Below, in pieces: positions 20,783 to 29,473 of a stretch of DNA of 64,000 nucleotides (within the stretch, counting starts at the first letter, position 1; every line of letters starts with the position of its first letter). The notes below the pieces were generated by a model. The model saw only the letters and a list, made by a program, of their open reading frames with translations, made no database searches and was not told where the DNA came from. The position numbers and the translations under genes are program-made. This stretch comes from Patescibacteria group bacterium UBA6017 (lineage in GTDB: Bacteria; Patescibacteriota; Saccharimonadia; UBA4664): assembly GCA_002429485.1 (NCBI GenBank), contig DIZX01000015.1, forward strand, positions 86,044-150,043. Reading direction: 5' to 3'.

Positions 20783-20989
20783 CTATTCCTTCCCCGGAGG
20801 GTGCTCTTTCTCAGATGTATGCTCTACGCGCTCGGGGCGCTTCCAGCCGTTATCATCCTGATCTGGTGCATCATCTAACGCTTCGTACGGCTCGGCCTTA
20901 CTGCCCAATCCCGTCGGGCGCTTTGGAGCCCTTGCCCGCTCTAATGCTTCTTGAATTCGTTTGTTTTCGGCTTCGGCCATTTTTGGCAC
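20783..20989 (-). CDS. small hypothetical disordered protein
   Basis: 68-aa charged ORF co-oriented with the previous gene. Confidence 0.5.
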   Translation of the reverse strand: MPKMAEAENKRIQEALERARAPKRPTGLGSKAEPYEALDDAPDQDDNGWKRPERVEHTSEKEHPPGKE

Positions 20990-21052
20990 CCCTAAGTTAT
21001 ATAACTATCATACCAAATCCCGGCTGGAATGAATCCCCCAGATAGACGCATC

Positions 21053-21080
21053 TTTACATATGACAGATTGATGTTATAGT
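21053..21080 (+). promoter_or_regulatory. putative sigma70 promoter of arc
   Basis: TTTACA-N16-TATAGT with TG upstream of the -10; ggagg RBS before the ATG. Confidence 0.45.
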
Positions 21081-21156
21081 TTAGCCAGCACCTTAAGTAG
21101 TGTAGTTACCCCCTGTTTTCCCCGCTTTTGTCCCAAGAACCCAGGAGGTTCCTTCG

Positions 21157-22887
21157 ATGTTCATGACCCCTCAGCACGAACCGAACCAGCCAGACCCGAC
21201 CGAGGAAACAGTTGACCCGGCAGAAGCCCTGCGTCAGCATGCCCTCCTCACCGAGGAAGTCGCCGCATTGCGCCGCCGACTCGCGGACTCACCCACCCGT
21301 TCGCGGGATCTCGAGAACCGAGTGCTGCAGCTGCAGACCTCGCTCTCAACGCTGTCAGCCCAGAACGAACGCGTCGTGAAGGCGCTCAGGGCGGCCCGCG
21401 AGCAGATCGTCACGCTCAAGAGTGAGGTCGACCGACTGGCTCAACCGCCATCGGCCTACGGCCTGATCGTCGAGACGTATGACGACGCCACTGTCGACGT
21501 CCTCACCAGCGGCCGCAAGATGCGCGTCGCGGTGTCACCCTCGATCGATCCGGGCGAGCTCAACCAAGGCCGCGAGGTCATGCTCAACGAGGCGCTCAAT
21601 GTGGTCGCAGTCTGCGGCTACGAGCGCATCGGCGAGATCGTGACGGTCAAGGAGGTGCTGGACGACGACATCGACAAGGATCTGAAAGACCGAGTTCTTG
21701 TAGTCGCCCACGCCGACGAGGAGCGTGTCTGCCGCAGAGCCGGAAGCCTTGTTGGCGAACCCATCCGAGCCGGCGACGCCCTGTTGCTCGACACCCGTTC
21801 CGGTTTCGTGTACGAGCGCATCCTCAGAGCTGAAATCACCGACCTGGTCCTCGAAGAGGTCCCGGACGTCGGCTACGAGGACATCGGCGGACTAACCGGT
21901 CAGATCGAGGCTATCCGCGATGCCGTGGAGATGCCCTATCTGCACCCGGACCTGTTCCTGGAGCACAAGCTCAAGCCGCCGAAGGGCATCCTGCTCTACG
22001 GCCCTCCCGGCTGCGGCAAGACGATGATCGCCAAGGCCGTCGCGGCATCTCTGGCCAGAAAGGTTGCGGCTAAAGAAGGTAAGCCCTTGGGCAACGCCTT
22101 CTTCCTCAACATCAAGGGCCCCGAGCTGCTCAACAAGTACGTCGGTGAGACCGAGCGGCACATCCGCCTGATCTTCCAGCGTGCCCGCGAGAAGGCCTCC
22201 GACGGTACCCCCGTGGTTGTCTTTTTCGATGAGATGGATGCCCTGTTCCGCACCCGCGGCTCAGGCGTCTCCTCCGACATCGAGACCACCATCGTGCCAC
22301 AGTTGCTCTCCGAGATCGACGGCGTCGAGCGGCTCGAAAACGTCATCGTCATCGGGGCCTCCAACCGCGAAGACATGATCGACCCCGCAATCCTGCGGCC
22401 GGGCCGGCTTGACGTCAAGATCAAGATCGAACGTCCCGACGCTGAAAGCGCCCGGGACATCTTCAGCAAGTACCTCACGGCGGACCTTCCGCTACACGAG
22501 TACGACCTGGCTGAACACGGCGGTTCCGCTCAGCGGACCATCGAGGACATGATCCAGACCGCTGTCGAACGGATGTACTCCGAATCCGACTTCAACCGGT
22601 TCCTCGAGGTCACCTACGCCGGCGGCGACAAGGAGGTTCTCTACTTCAAGGACTTCCTCACTACCTCTCAGAAGGGCATCCGAGTCGAGCATCTGCTCAC
22701 CTCCTGCCGTGACGAGTTCAAGGAGAATGAGGATCTCCCCAACACCACCAACCCCGACGACTGGGCTCGCATCTCCGGCAAGAAGGGCGAGCGCATCACC
22801 TACATCCGCACTCTCGTGACCGGCAAGGACGGTACCGAACCCGGTCGCTCCATCGAGGCTGTGGCCAACACCGGCCAGTACCTCTAG
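21157..22887 (+). CDS. arc: proteasome-associated ATPase ARC/Mpa (actinobacterial type)
   Basis: N-terminal coiled coil, LAQPP, GRKMRV, OB domains, [64 protein letters not shown]-terminal GQYL. Confidence 0.97.
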   Translation: MFMTPQHEPNQPDPTEETVDPAEALRQHALLTEEVAALRRRLADSPTRSRDLENRVLQLQTSLSTLSAQNERVVKALRAAREQIVTLKSEVDRLAQPPSAYGLIVETYDDATVDVLTSGRKMRVAVSPSIDPGELNQGREVMLNEALNVVAVCGYERIGEIVTVKEVLDDDIDKDLKDRVLVVAHADEERVCRRAGSLVGEPIRAGDALLLDTRSGFVYERILRAEITDLVLEEVPDVGYEDIGGLTGQIEAIRDAVEMPYLHPDLFLEHKLKPPKGILLYGPPGCGKTMIAKAVAASLARKVAAKEGKPLGNAFFLNIKGPELLNKYVGETERHIRLIFQRAREKASDGTPVVVFFDEMDALFRTRGSGVSSDIETTIVPQLLSEIDGVERLENVIVIGASNREDMIDPAILRPGRLDVKIKIERPDAESARDIFSKYLTADLPLHEYDLAEHGGSAQRTIEDMIQTAVERMYSESDFNRFLEVTYAGGDKEVLYFKDFLTTSQKGIRVEHLLTSCRDEFKENEDLPNTTNPDDWARISGKKGERITYIRTLVTGKDGTEPGRSIEAVANTGQYL

Positions 22888-22901
22888 GCCACAAGCTCCA
22901 C

Positions 22902-22949
22902 GGCCGTCTGCTGTCCACGATGCGTGGACAGCAGACGGCCTATCTTTTT
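22902..22949 (+). terminator. 18-bp GC-rich hairpin terminator after arc
   Basis: ggccgtctgctgtccacg-atg-cgtggacagcagacggcc then tatcttttt. Confidence 0.85.
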
Positions 22950-22991
22950 GCCAAAACAAAAACCGCCCCAAAGGGCGGCTAAGATAATTAC

Positions 22992-23068
22992 TGGTGGGTC
23001 CTAGAGGATTCGAACCTCTGACCTCCTCAACGTCAATGAGGCGCTCTAGCCAACTGAGCTAAGGACCC
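22992..23068 (-). tRNA. tRNA-Val(GAC)
   Basis: GGGTCCT...anticodon loop TTGACGT...GTTCGAAT...CCA. Confidence 0.95.
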
Positions 23069-23205
23069 GGGCCGTTACAAGTGGATAATATAGCTTAAAT
23101 CGACCCTACAAGCAATACATACAATGAAATTAGCACTCCCATATGCCATAATCCATTCCTACGGTGTAATACTGTCGCTCCCCTTTAGTCCCCCTACCCG
23201 AGAAG

Positions 23206-23823
23206 GTGATGGAAGTGTCCGCACGTCCGATTCGAAGCATCGAACAACTCGCCAAGCTAGTTACTCAGCTCGGCCTTCGTCTCCAGCGCAAAGCCGACCG
23301 CACCGCGCGGTCCAAGGCCCGAATCACGAAGCTCAAGAAGCAGCTCGCCGATGAACGCGCGCGGCTCATCGCTTTAAATGCCAAAGACGACGCGCTAAAC
23401 ATGCGCGACAGCGCCAAGATCTGGGTATTCGACGAGGGACACCCAGAACTACGCCACGGCCAAAACGTCGAACTCGGCTCCGGCACAGGTTCACATCGAT
23501 CTCAACGCGAGGGAGCCCTGCAGTTCGAGGTCGATGAGCAAACCACAATTGATGAAATCAGGTCACGCTTCTCTGAGGAATTCGACTCGGTTGTCGAAAC
23601 AAAGTACTTCATTCGCAAGAATCCTCTCAAGCGCGAATTCAGGTGGCTGCTCGACAGATTAACTACAGCGTCAGCCCCGTCACAAGAAACCTTCACCATC
23701 TACCCCCTGGTGACTGAAGAATTCTTCAGAGCATCCGTCCAGCGGTTTCGCAGTGCGGCCATCACCCTCGAGCTCATCCCTGACCCCGATGCAGACGGCT
23801 CGACCGAGAACGCTACACCCTGA
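23206..23823 (+). CDS. hypothetical protein, host-nuclease inhibitor Mu Gam-like
   Basis: long N-terminal coiled coil then VELGSGTGSHR, VETKYFIRK, ETFTIYP, resembling Gam architecture; followed by hairpin 23832-23866. Confidence 0.5.
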   Translation: MMEVSARPIRSIEQLAKLVTQLGLRLQRKADRTARSKARITKLKKQLADERARLIALNAKDDALNMRDSAKIWVFDEGHPELRHGQNVELGSGTGSHRSQREGALQFEVDEQTTIDEIRSRFSEEFDSVVETKYFIRKNPLKREFRWLLDRLTTASAPSQETFTIYPLVTEEFFRASVQRFRSAAITLELIPDPDADGSTENATP

Positions 23824-23914
23824 CCCAACCCCATCCGGCGGAGGCGAATACCGCCCCCGCCGGATGCCCAACCTTTCCGCATTTATCAAAATAAGCTACA
23901 ATTTCGTGGTCTAA

Positions 23915-23991
<77 letters not shown>

Positions 23992-24101
23992 TAGAAAACG
24001 CCCCTTTGTGGGGCTTTTTCTTATCCAACTTATGCTTGCACCATTACCCCCACAAAACATACACTAATTGTACTATCTGCCAACATAAGAGGTACAGGAG
24101 C

Positions 24102-25229
24102 ATGCTGAGTAGGCAAATCGCCGACAAAATTTGCGCCAAAGTGAGTGCTCTGGTAAATCAGAACCTCCGTCTTACCGATGCCGATGGCAAAGCCCTCTCG
24201 CAAACAGTGGCTCTAAAGCCAGAAAATCTCAAAATTAACACCATTCCCTGGGCCATTCCGTTCTACTACGGCGGCAACATTGTCGGCTACATTGTGCTCG
24301 ATGCCGAAATGCCGAACCACGAAGAGATTGCCCCGCTCATCCGCTCCATCGCCGAGCTCGTCATGCACCAGTCACTGGTATTGGAACAAATCCCCCACCA
24401 AGATGAGCGCCTCGATAAATTTATCTACGACCTGCTCAACCAACCCCAGCCCGAATGGTCGCTGTTGGCCGCCGAAGCCCGCTTATTCGATATTGAGCTC
24501 GATCGGCCTCGAATCGCCATTGTCATCCAGATCGACGACCCCACCCTCACCGCCAGATATCAAGACCCCACGGGGGACCGCGAAATCCGCCTCACCCGCT
24601 ATAAGTTCGGCATCAACCGCGCACTCAATTCGTTCTACACCTCCAGCCGCGAAAACGTGGTGAGCTACCTTGGCGGAACCTCCTTTTGTATCCTCAAAGA
24701 TCTCTTGGGTTCGGGCGAGCGCGAGCATGAACTAGATACCGCCCTCGAAGGCTTCAAAAAGAGCCTGGGCGTGATCTACAGCATCCTCAAGAGTGAGCTC
24801 AAGCCGCCCACTACCGTCGGTGTCGGCAATTACCATCCCGGGCTCGAAGGACTGCGCCAGAGCTACCACGAAGCCACCTCCGCCATCGAGCTGGGCGCCC
24901 AGACCTGGGACGTCGACCGCATCTACCACATCGATGATTTCGGCGTGGTCGCCCCACTGCTATCAGGTGTTGATGAAAACAATATCTACTTCTCCCGCGA
25001 GCTCCTCGACCGCGTCGGTGAAAATCACGAAATTATTCAGACCCTCGAGGCCTTCTTTAGCTTCGATATGTCGCTCACCCGCACCGCCGAAACCCTCAAG
25101 ATCCACCGCAACACCCTGGTTTATCGCCTCGACCGCATCACCGAAACCCTCGGCCTAGACCCGCGGGTATTCGACGACGCCATTCAAATTAAACTAGCTA
25201 TTTTATATAGCCGATTTGTGGAGCGTTAA
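24102..25229 (+). CDS. CdaR/PucR family transcriptional regulator
   Basis: LSRQIADKI N-terminus, VGVG, SY.EA, C-terminal HTH LKIHRNTLVYRLDRI..LGLDP; aggag RBS. Confidence 0.9.
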   Translation: MLSRQIADKICAKVSALVNQNLRLTDADGKALSQTVALKPENLKINTIPWAIPFYYGGNIVGYIVLDAEMPNHEEIAPLIRSIAELVMHQSLVLEQIPHQDERLDKFIYDLLNQPQPEWSLLAAEARLFDIELDRPRIAIVIQIDDPTLTARYQDPTGDREIRLTRYKFGINRALNSFYTSSRENVVSYLGGTSFCILKDLLGSGEREHELDTALEGFKKSLGVIYSILKSELKPPTTVGVGNYHPGLEGLRQSYHEATSAIELGAQTWDVDRIYHIDDFGVVAPLLSGVDENNIYFSRELLDRVGENHEIIQTLEAFFSFDMSLTRTAETLKIHRNTLVYRLDRITETLGLDPRVFDDAIQIKLAILYSRFVER

Positions 25230-25231
25230 GC

Positions 25232-26413
25232 ATGCAGCTCAACTCCGCACTCGCCAGACAAATCGCCGATAAGGCCAACCAAGTGCTCAAGCGCGACCTC
25301 TTGGTGGCCGATCTTTCCGGGCAAATCCTGGCCGGTATCCCCACTCAAAGCTTCGTTTCCGAAGCCTTATCGGCGGCCCAAACCGGACGCTCTACCACCT
25401 CGGATTTCAACGACCGCCAGACCAAATGGTGGCCGTTTGTCTACGACGAGCGCACCGTGGCAGTATTTGGGCTCCCTCTTGATACCGGCCCGATCACCCA
25501 GGAAGCTATCACCCTCCTGCAGGGCCTCGCCGAAGTTATCGTTTATCAGCACTTCCTGCTCGACAAAATTCAGTCGGCCGAACGTGTCCGTGCCGACTTT
25601 CTGCGCCAACTCCTCACCGCTCCCAGTATCGTACCAGCGGACATTCATCATCAGGCCGACATTCTTCAGCTCAATCTGCGCGTTGCCCAGGTTGCCATCC
25701 TTATCCATCTCGACGGATTTGAAACCTCGGTCCGCACCAAATTTGCTCAGCTTTCATCCGAAGAACAGCAATTACAAATCGACTCCTCCGCAGAAGAACT
25801 TAACAGCAGTATTCGTGATGGCTTCAAGAACCTCCAGGAAAACCTTGTGGCCTACCTCGGCGACAACCAGTTTGTTCTCCTCAAGGGCCTCACCGGCGAG
25901 TCGCTCACTACCCTCAACACTATCAGGCAGATCAACGAATATGCCAGAACCCTACAGAGCGTTACTACCAATCTCGCCCTGGAACAGCCCATCACTATCG
26001 GTGTCGGGCAGTACTACCCCGATCTCGCGGGTCTGCGCAAAAGCTACCAAGATGCCAAGCTGGCACTCGAAGTCGGCGCCAAGGTCTGGGGTAGCAGCCG
26101 GATCTACCATATTAAACAAGTTGGGATGTTCATCACCCTGGCCAGCACCAGTCAGGAGCGCAAGGCCGAACTGGCCCACCAAATCCTCTCCCCCTTGCTG
26201 CGCGACGAGCAATTATTCAAAACTGTTCAAACCTTCCTTGCCTCGGGCCTCAACCTCACTGACGCCGCCGGTAAGCTCCACATTCACCGCAACACCCTTA
26301 TTTATCGGCTCGATAAGACAAAAAAACTCATAAACTTAGACCCGCGGCACTTCGATGACGCCCTCCAGATCAAACTCGGGCTAATGTTTTATCAGGATCA
26401 AACCCCCGCATAA
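25232..26413 (+). CDS. CdaR/PucR family transcriptional regulator (tandem paralog)
   Basis: LNSALARQIADK, IGVG, SYQDAK.AL, LHIHRNTLIYRLDK. Confidence 0.9.
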   Translation: MQLNSALARQIADKANQVLKRDLLVADLSGQILAGIPTQSFVSEALSAAQTGRSTTSDFNDRQTKWWPFVYDERTVAVFGLPLDTGPITQEAITLLQGLAEVIVYQHFLLDKIQSAERVRADFLRQLLTAPSIVPADIHHQADILQLNLRVAQVAILIHLDGFETSVRTKFAQLSSEEQQLQIDSSAEELNSSIRDGFKNLQENLVAYLGDNQFVLLKGLTGESLTTLNTIRQINEYARTLQSVTTNLALEQPITIGVGQYYPDLAGLRKSYQDAKLALEVGAKVWGSSRIYHIKQVGMFITLASTSQERKAELAHQILSPLLRDEQLFKTVQTFLASGLNLTDAAGKLHIHRNTLIYRLDKTKKLINLDPRHFDDALQIKLGLMFYQDQTPA

Positions 26414-26612
26414 CGTCGTATTCGGGGTGGCACTTTATGCCATGGCAGCCAAATTTAATATTTTTATTCAGACCATTTCACAAACCACACCCAACTTTCG
26501 GCTGTAAATTTTGTATGACCTTGCCTATGCTGTATTTTGATGCTGGAGTATCTTGTAACTGTCAGTTGCGCAAAATCTACGCAACGAAGCATTCTATTTA
26601 ACTGAGGTAGAG

Positions 26613-26840
26613 ATGAAAAATAAATTTTCGACGACCTACGATGACTTCTTTTTGGAGCTCCCACCGGCATACAACCTAAACGACATCGAGATCCAGGACG
26701 AGTACGAAAATCAAACCGATCAAGTAGACCGAGGTCTAAGTGAAGAACAAGTGTCTCAGATAGCAGTCGACTCGCTGAGCGAGGTTAAACGCCTCAAAAC
26801 GACACCAAGAACCGACAAAAACAACCCGATTTCCCAGTAA
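26613..26840 (+). CDS. small hypothetical protein
   Basis: 75-aa ORF with gagg RBS. Confidence 0.4.
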   Translation: MKNKFSTTYDDFFLELPPAYNLNDIEIQDEYENQTDQVDRGLSEEQVSQIAVDSLSEVKRLKTTPRTDKNNPISQ

Positions 26841-26902
26841 AAATAAGCGGTCGAGAATAGGTTCCATTCAGTCGCTATACGCGGCTTTATTGGTACTTGA
26901 CT

Positions 26903-26925
26903 GTTCGGTTCTTGTTCGGTATATT
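26903..26925 (+). promoter_or_regulatory. GTTCGG-N5-GTTCGG direct repeat abutting -10 (putative LexA/SOS box)
   Basis: gttcgg at 26903 and 26914, then TATATT; same motif before the dinB operon. Confidence 0.6.
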
Positions 26926-26969
26926 GGTTCTCAGAGGGTGACATAGGGTTTTACTTAAAGGAGTGTTTC

Positions 26970-27380
26970 ATGGCAGAATCAATCGAACAATTACGTATCT
27001 ACAAGTCCGCCCGGGCAGCCGAGGACCAAGTTTACGAGCTCGTCAAACAGTTCCCCGCCGATCAATTTTACGGTCTAGGCAACAACTTGCGTCGCTCCAG
27101 CGCCGCCGTTTCCCACCACATCATGGGCGCCCATCGGCTCTTCAGCTACCGCCTCAAGCTCGACGAGCTCAGCGCCATGCGCCGCGAGGCTGAAAATACC
27201 ATGCAATACCTAGAAGACGCCCGGACACTTGGCGCTACCGATGAACTCATCAGTGAGTACACCGGTGTCATTAAGCAGTCCTGGGGCCTATCGAAATGGC
27301 TCAAAATTAAGCTCATCGAAAAGCAGGAGAAAGCCGAAGTCGCGGCCAAGGAAGAGTTGGTAGCGGCTATAGCTTCGTAG
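26970..27380 (+). CDS. four-helix-bundle protein (23S rRNA intervening-sequence/Avd-like fold)
   Basis: IEQLRIYK.A......YEL.KQFP..Q.YGL.NNLRRSS..VS..I..A pattern; aggag RBS. Confidence 0.8.
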   Translation: MAESIEQLRIYKSARAAEDQVYELVKQFPADQFYGLGNNLRRSSAAVSHHIMGAHRLFSYRLKLDELSAMRREAENTMQYLEDARTLGATDELISEYTGVIKQSWGLSKWLKIKLIEKQEKAEVAAKEELVAAIAS

Positions 27381-27400
27381 TAAATAATACAACAAGCCTC

Positions 27401-27432
27401 GAGCAGCCCCAGGTACAATGGGGCTGCTTTTT
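27401..27432 (+). terminator. intrinsic terminator
   Basis: agcagcccca/tggggctgct stem plus T-run. Confidence 0.8.
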
Positions 27433-27517
27433 AAGCTCCCTTGAGCCTATGCCTTTGGCTGCACGGAACGCTGACTTTGCGTAAGCCGAACTCTACCCCC
27501 TATAATATCTATGCTTT

Positions 27518-27760
27518 ATCTTGTCAGGCGTTTACGCTGCAGTTCAGTATTCCGCTCCGCTCTACCCCTTTTTTTCATCTAATGTTGCATTTGTGTTCAG
27601 TGCTGCTGGGGAGGCGACATGTCTATTCTTGGTAACGCTGGAGAGGCGATGTTCGGCTACGATAGTGCCGCGCCTGACAAGATGTAGGGCAGGAATCACT
27701 CATAAGATCGAGTTCGCGGCACCAGTAGCCGAATGTCGCCGAACCAGCACGATTCCCAGC
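27518..27760. other. highly self-complementary intergenic element (candidate structured RNA or MITE-like repeat)
   Basis: 13-bp IR 27518-27530/27671-27683; 16-bp stem 27645-27660/27725-27740 with GU pairs; 8-bp stem 27665-27672/27715-27722. Confidence 0.5.
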
Positions 27761-27767
27761 CCATCCC

Positions 27768-29051
27768 CTATTCAAAATACCGCACCGTCCCAAACGGTAT
27801 TTTATCTACCATCGGATTCTTACTCTTCATCACGGCCGCCGGCATCACCCGCAGTTCCCCATATCTATCGTTGAGCGTGTTCATTGCGTCTTCCAGCCTG
27901 TCCTGCCTAGCGTCCTCGCTCTCCCACAGATACAGCTGATCCGATTTCACCGGCTCCACCTCGTAAGCCGTCATTGCCAGCGAGCTAACCACCCGGTCGG
28001 GCCACTGCTCGCGCGCATGCCCATACAACTCCAGCGCCCGCCCATACAGCTGATCGGCCCGGTGCGCACTCGTTTGGTACATCTTGCGCTCGTGCCACCC
28101 CCGCGGGCCGTTCCAGCCTCGGCGCGGGCCCCAAGCCGGCTCCCGCACGTAGCCGAGCCACAACATAAACCCCCGCGCCGCCAGATCATTCTGGTGCAGC
28201 CGCCGTGCCACCTTAGCGCAGGCCTTGTACAGCAACGTCGCCATCTCCTCAGGATCAGACGTGCGATGCTCCAACACGTAGCTGCGTCCCACCGTGCGAA
28301 TGCCGTACTCCACCTCAGTCTCATACCCCCGCAATTTCAGATACCAATGATGCCCATTCACGCTCCGAAACACCTGCTTGCAAAGCACCGCCTCGCTCGC
28401 CCGGTAAAAATCCAGTGTCGTAAAAATCCCCGCCTCATTGAGCCGCCGCTCCATCCGCCGCTTAATGTACGGCAGCTCCACCAAATTCATGAAACCATAC
28501 ACCGCCTCCAAGTTACCCCCATCGATCTGATAAAACCCGTCCGGCTTCATAAACCCAGCCGCCACCTTGGCCAGCCACCGGTTCTGCCCAATCCCCACGT
28601 TCACCTTCATGTAATCCCCCACCTCCTCGCGCACCCGCTGCTTGATCTCGCGGCCAATGTCCTCCAGGGACCGCCCCTTCAGCAACCCCCGCATTCCCCG
28701 AAAATCTATAATTCCTTCATCCACCGACTTCATCTGCGTCACCGGCGAATAACTCTCAAAAATCTCCCGCATCTGCTTATTCACGTACTGATACTTGGCC
28801 GCGTCGCTCTCGCACATCACAAAATCCGGCGCCACCTGCCGCGCCTCGCCGTTGCGCGTGCCCAACCCAATCCCCAACTTCTTAGCCTCATACGACGCCG
28901 CTATGCAAATGGCGTAATCATTCAACCGGTTCGTCACCCCCACCGGCCGCCCCCGCAGCAGCGGATTAGCCTGCTGCTCCGTCATGGCAAACGCCGAGTT
29001 GAGATCAATATGCATAATCTCCGCCGGCTCCGGATTAACCCTCAGCTCCAT
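27768..29051 (-). CDS. dinB: Y-family DNA polymerase (DinB/Pol IV-like)
   Basis: MHIDLNSAFA..EQ, AASYEAK, SVDEG, GIGQNRWLAKVA, little finger domain; start refined to MELRV. Confidence 0.9.
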   Translation of the reverse strand: MELRVNPEPAEIMHIDLNSAFAMTEQQANPLLRGRPVGVTNRLNDYAICIAASYEAKKLGIGLGTRNGEARQVAPDFVMCESDAAKYQYVNKQMREIFESYSPVTQMKSVDEGIIDFRGMRGLLKGRSLEDIGREIKQRVREEVGDYMKVNVGIGQNRWLAKVAAGFMKPDGFYQIDGGNLEAVYGFMNLVELPYIKRRMERRLNEAGIFTTLDFYRASEAVLCKQVFRSVNGHHWYLKLRGYETEVEYGIRTVGRSYVLEHRTSDPEEMATLLYKACAKVARRLHQNDLAARGFMLWLGYVREPAWGPRRGWNGPRGWHERKMYQTSAHRADQLYGRALELYGHAREQWPDRVVSSLAMTAYEVEPVKSDQLYLWESEDARQDRLEDAMNTLNDRYGELRVMPAAVMKSKNPMVDKIPFGTVRYFE

Positions 29052-29059
29052 ATCTCCCC

Positions 29060-29320
29060 CTATCCATAGAAGATTTCCTTGAGCTTCCACTCCAGCGTGT
29101 CCGGATCCAGCTCCACCCGAAACGCCGTCTCGTCTGCCGAGAAGCTAAAAATATGCACCCGCTTGGTCCCTCGCCGCTCCGGGTGGTACAGCCCCATGAT
29201 CGTGAGCTTCCAGCGCTTGCCGCGCCATTTCATCACGTGCGGCACCACGCGCATCACGCCCCGCGGCCCCGGCGCAAACGACGCCAGCACGCTCACCGTC
29301 TCATCGCATTCTTCGCGCAT
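29060..29320 (-). CDS. small beta-rich hypothetical protein upstream of dinB
   Basis: 86 aa, W.G+.W, H.FS, F.VELD..TL.WKL; 8-nt gap to dinB. Confidence 0.75.
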   Translation of the reverse strand: MREECDETVSVLASFAPGPRGVMRVVPHVMKWRGKRWKLTIMGLYHPERRGTKRVHIFSFSADETAFRVELDPDTLEWKLKEIFYG

Positions 29321-29344
29321 AGTTCGAGCCCCTTTGCTCTCGAT

Positions 29345-29367
29345 ACTATACCGAACGTATACCGAAC
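29345..29367 (-). promoter_or_regulatory. GTTCGG-N5-GTTCGG direct repeat abutting -10 (putative LexA/SOS box)
   Basis: ccgaac at 29351 and 29362; minus strand reads GTTCGGTATACGTTCGG-TATAGT. Confidence 0.65.
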
Positions 29368-29473
29368 GCAAGCATGAGCAAAACCGAGAATTAATGCGCG
29401 CTAAAAAACTACCTGCCAATAAAACAGGTAGTTTTTGTAGACTAATTTACATCAAAATCATCGATGGTGCCCC

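Noticed and set aside
20783-20989. 68-aa disordered ORF ending in Glu, divergent from arc, considered as a Pup or UBact analog
   Set aside because: It lacks the Pup core (LLDEID..LE.NAE.FV..YVQKGG[EQ]) and the di-Gly end (ends PGKE), and no ligase gene is nearby.
26970-27380. Four-helix-bundle gene as Avd of a diversity-generating retroelement
   Set aside because: No reverse transcriptase and no TR/VR repeat pair with adenine-specific mismatches was seen in the window.
28017-29069. 350-aa plus-strand ORF, and similar long antisense ORFs (48747-49664, 62712-63647, 50294-51082, 43286-43774)
   Set aside because: Shadow ORFs opposite better-supported genes, with His/Pro/Arg-biased composition and no family motifs.
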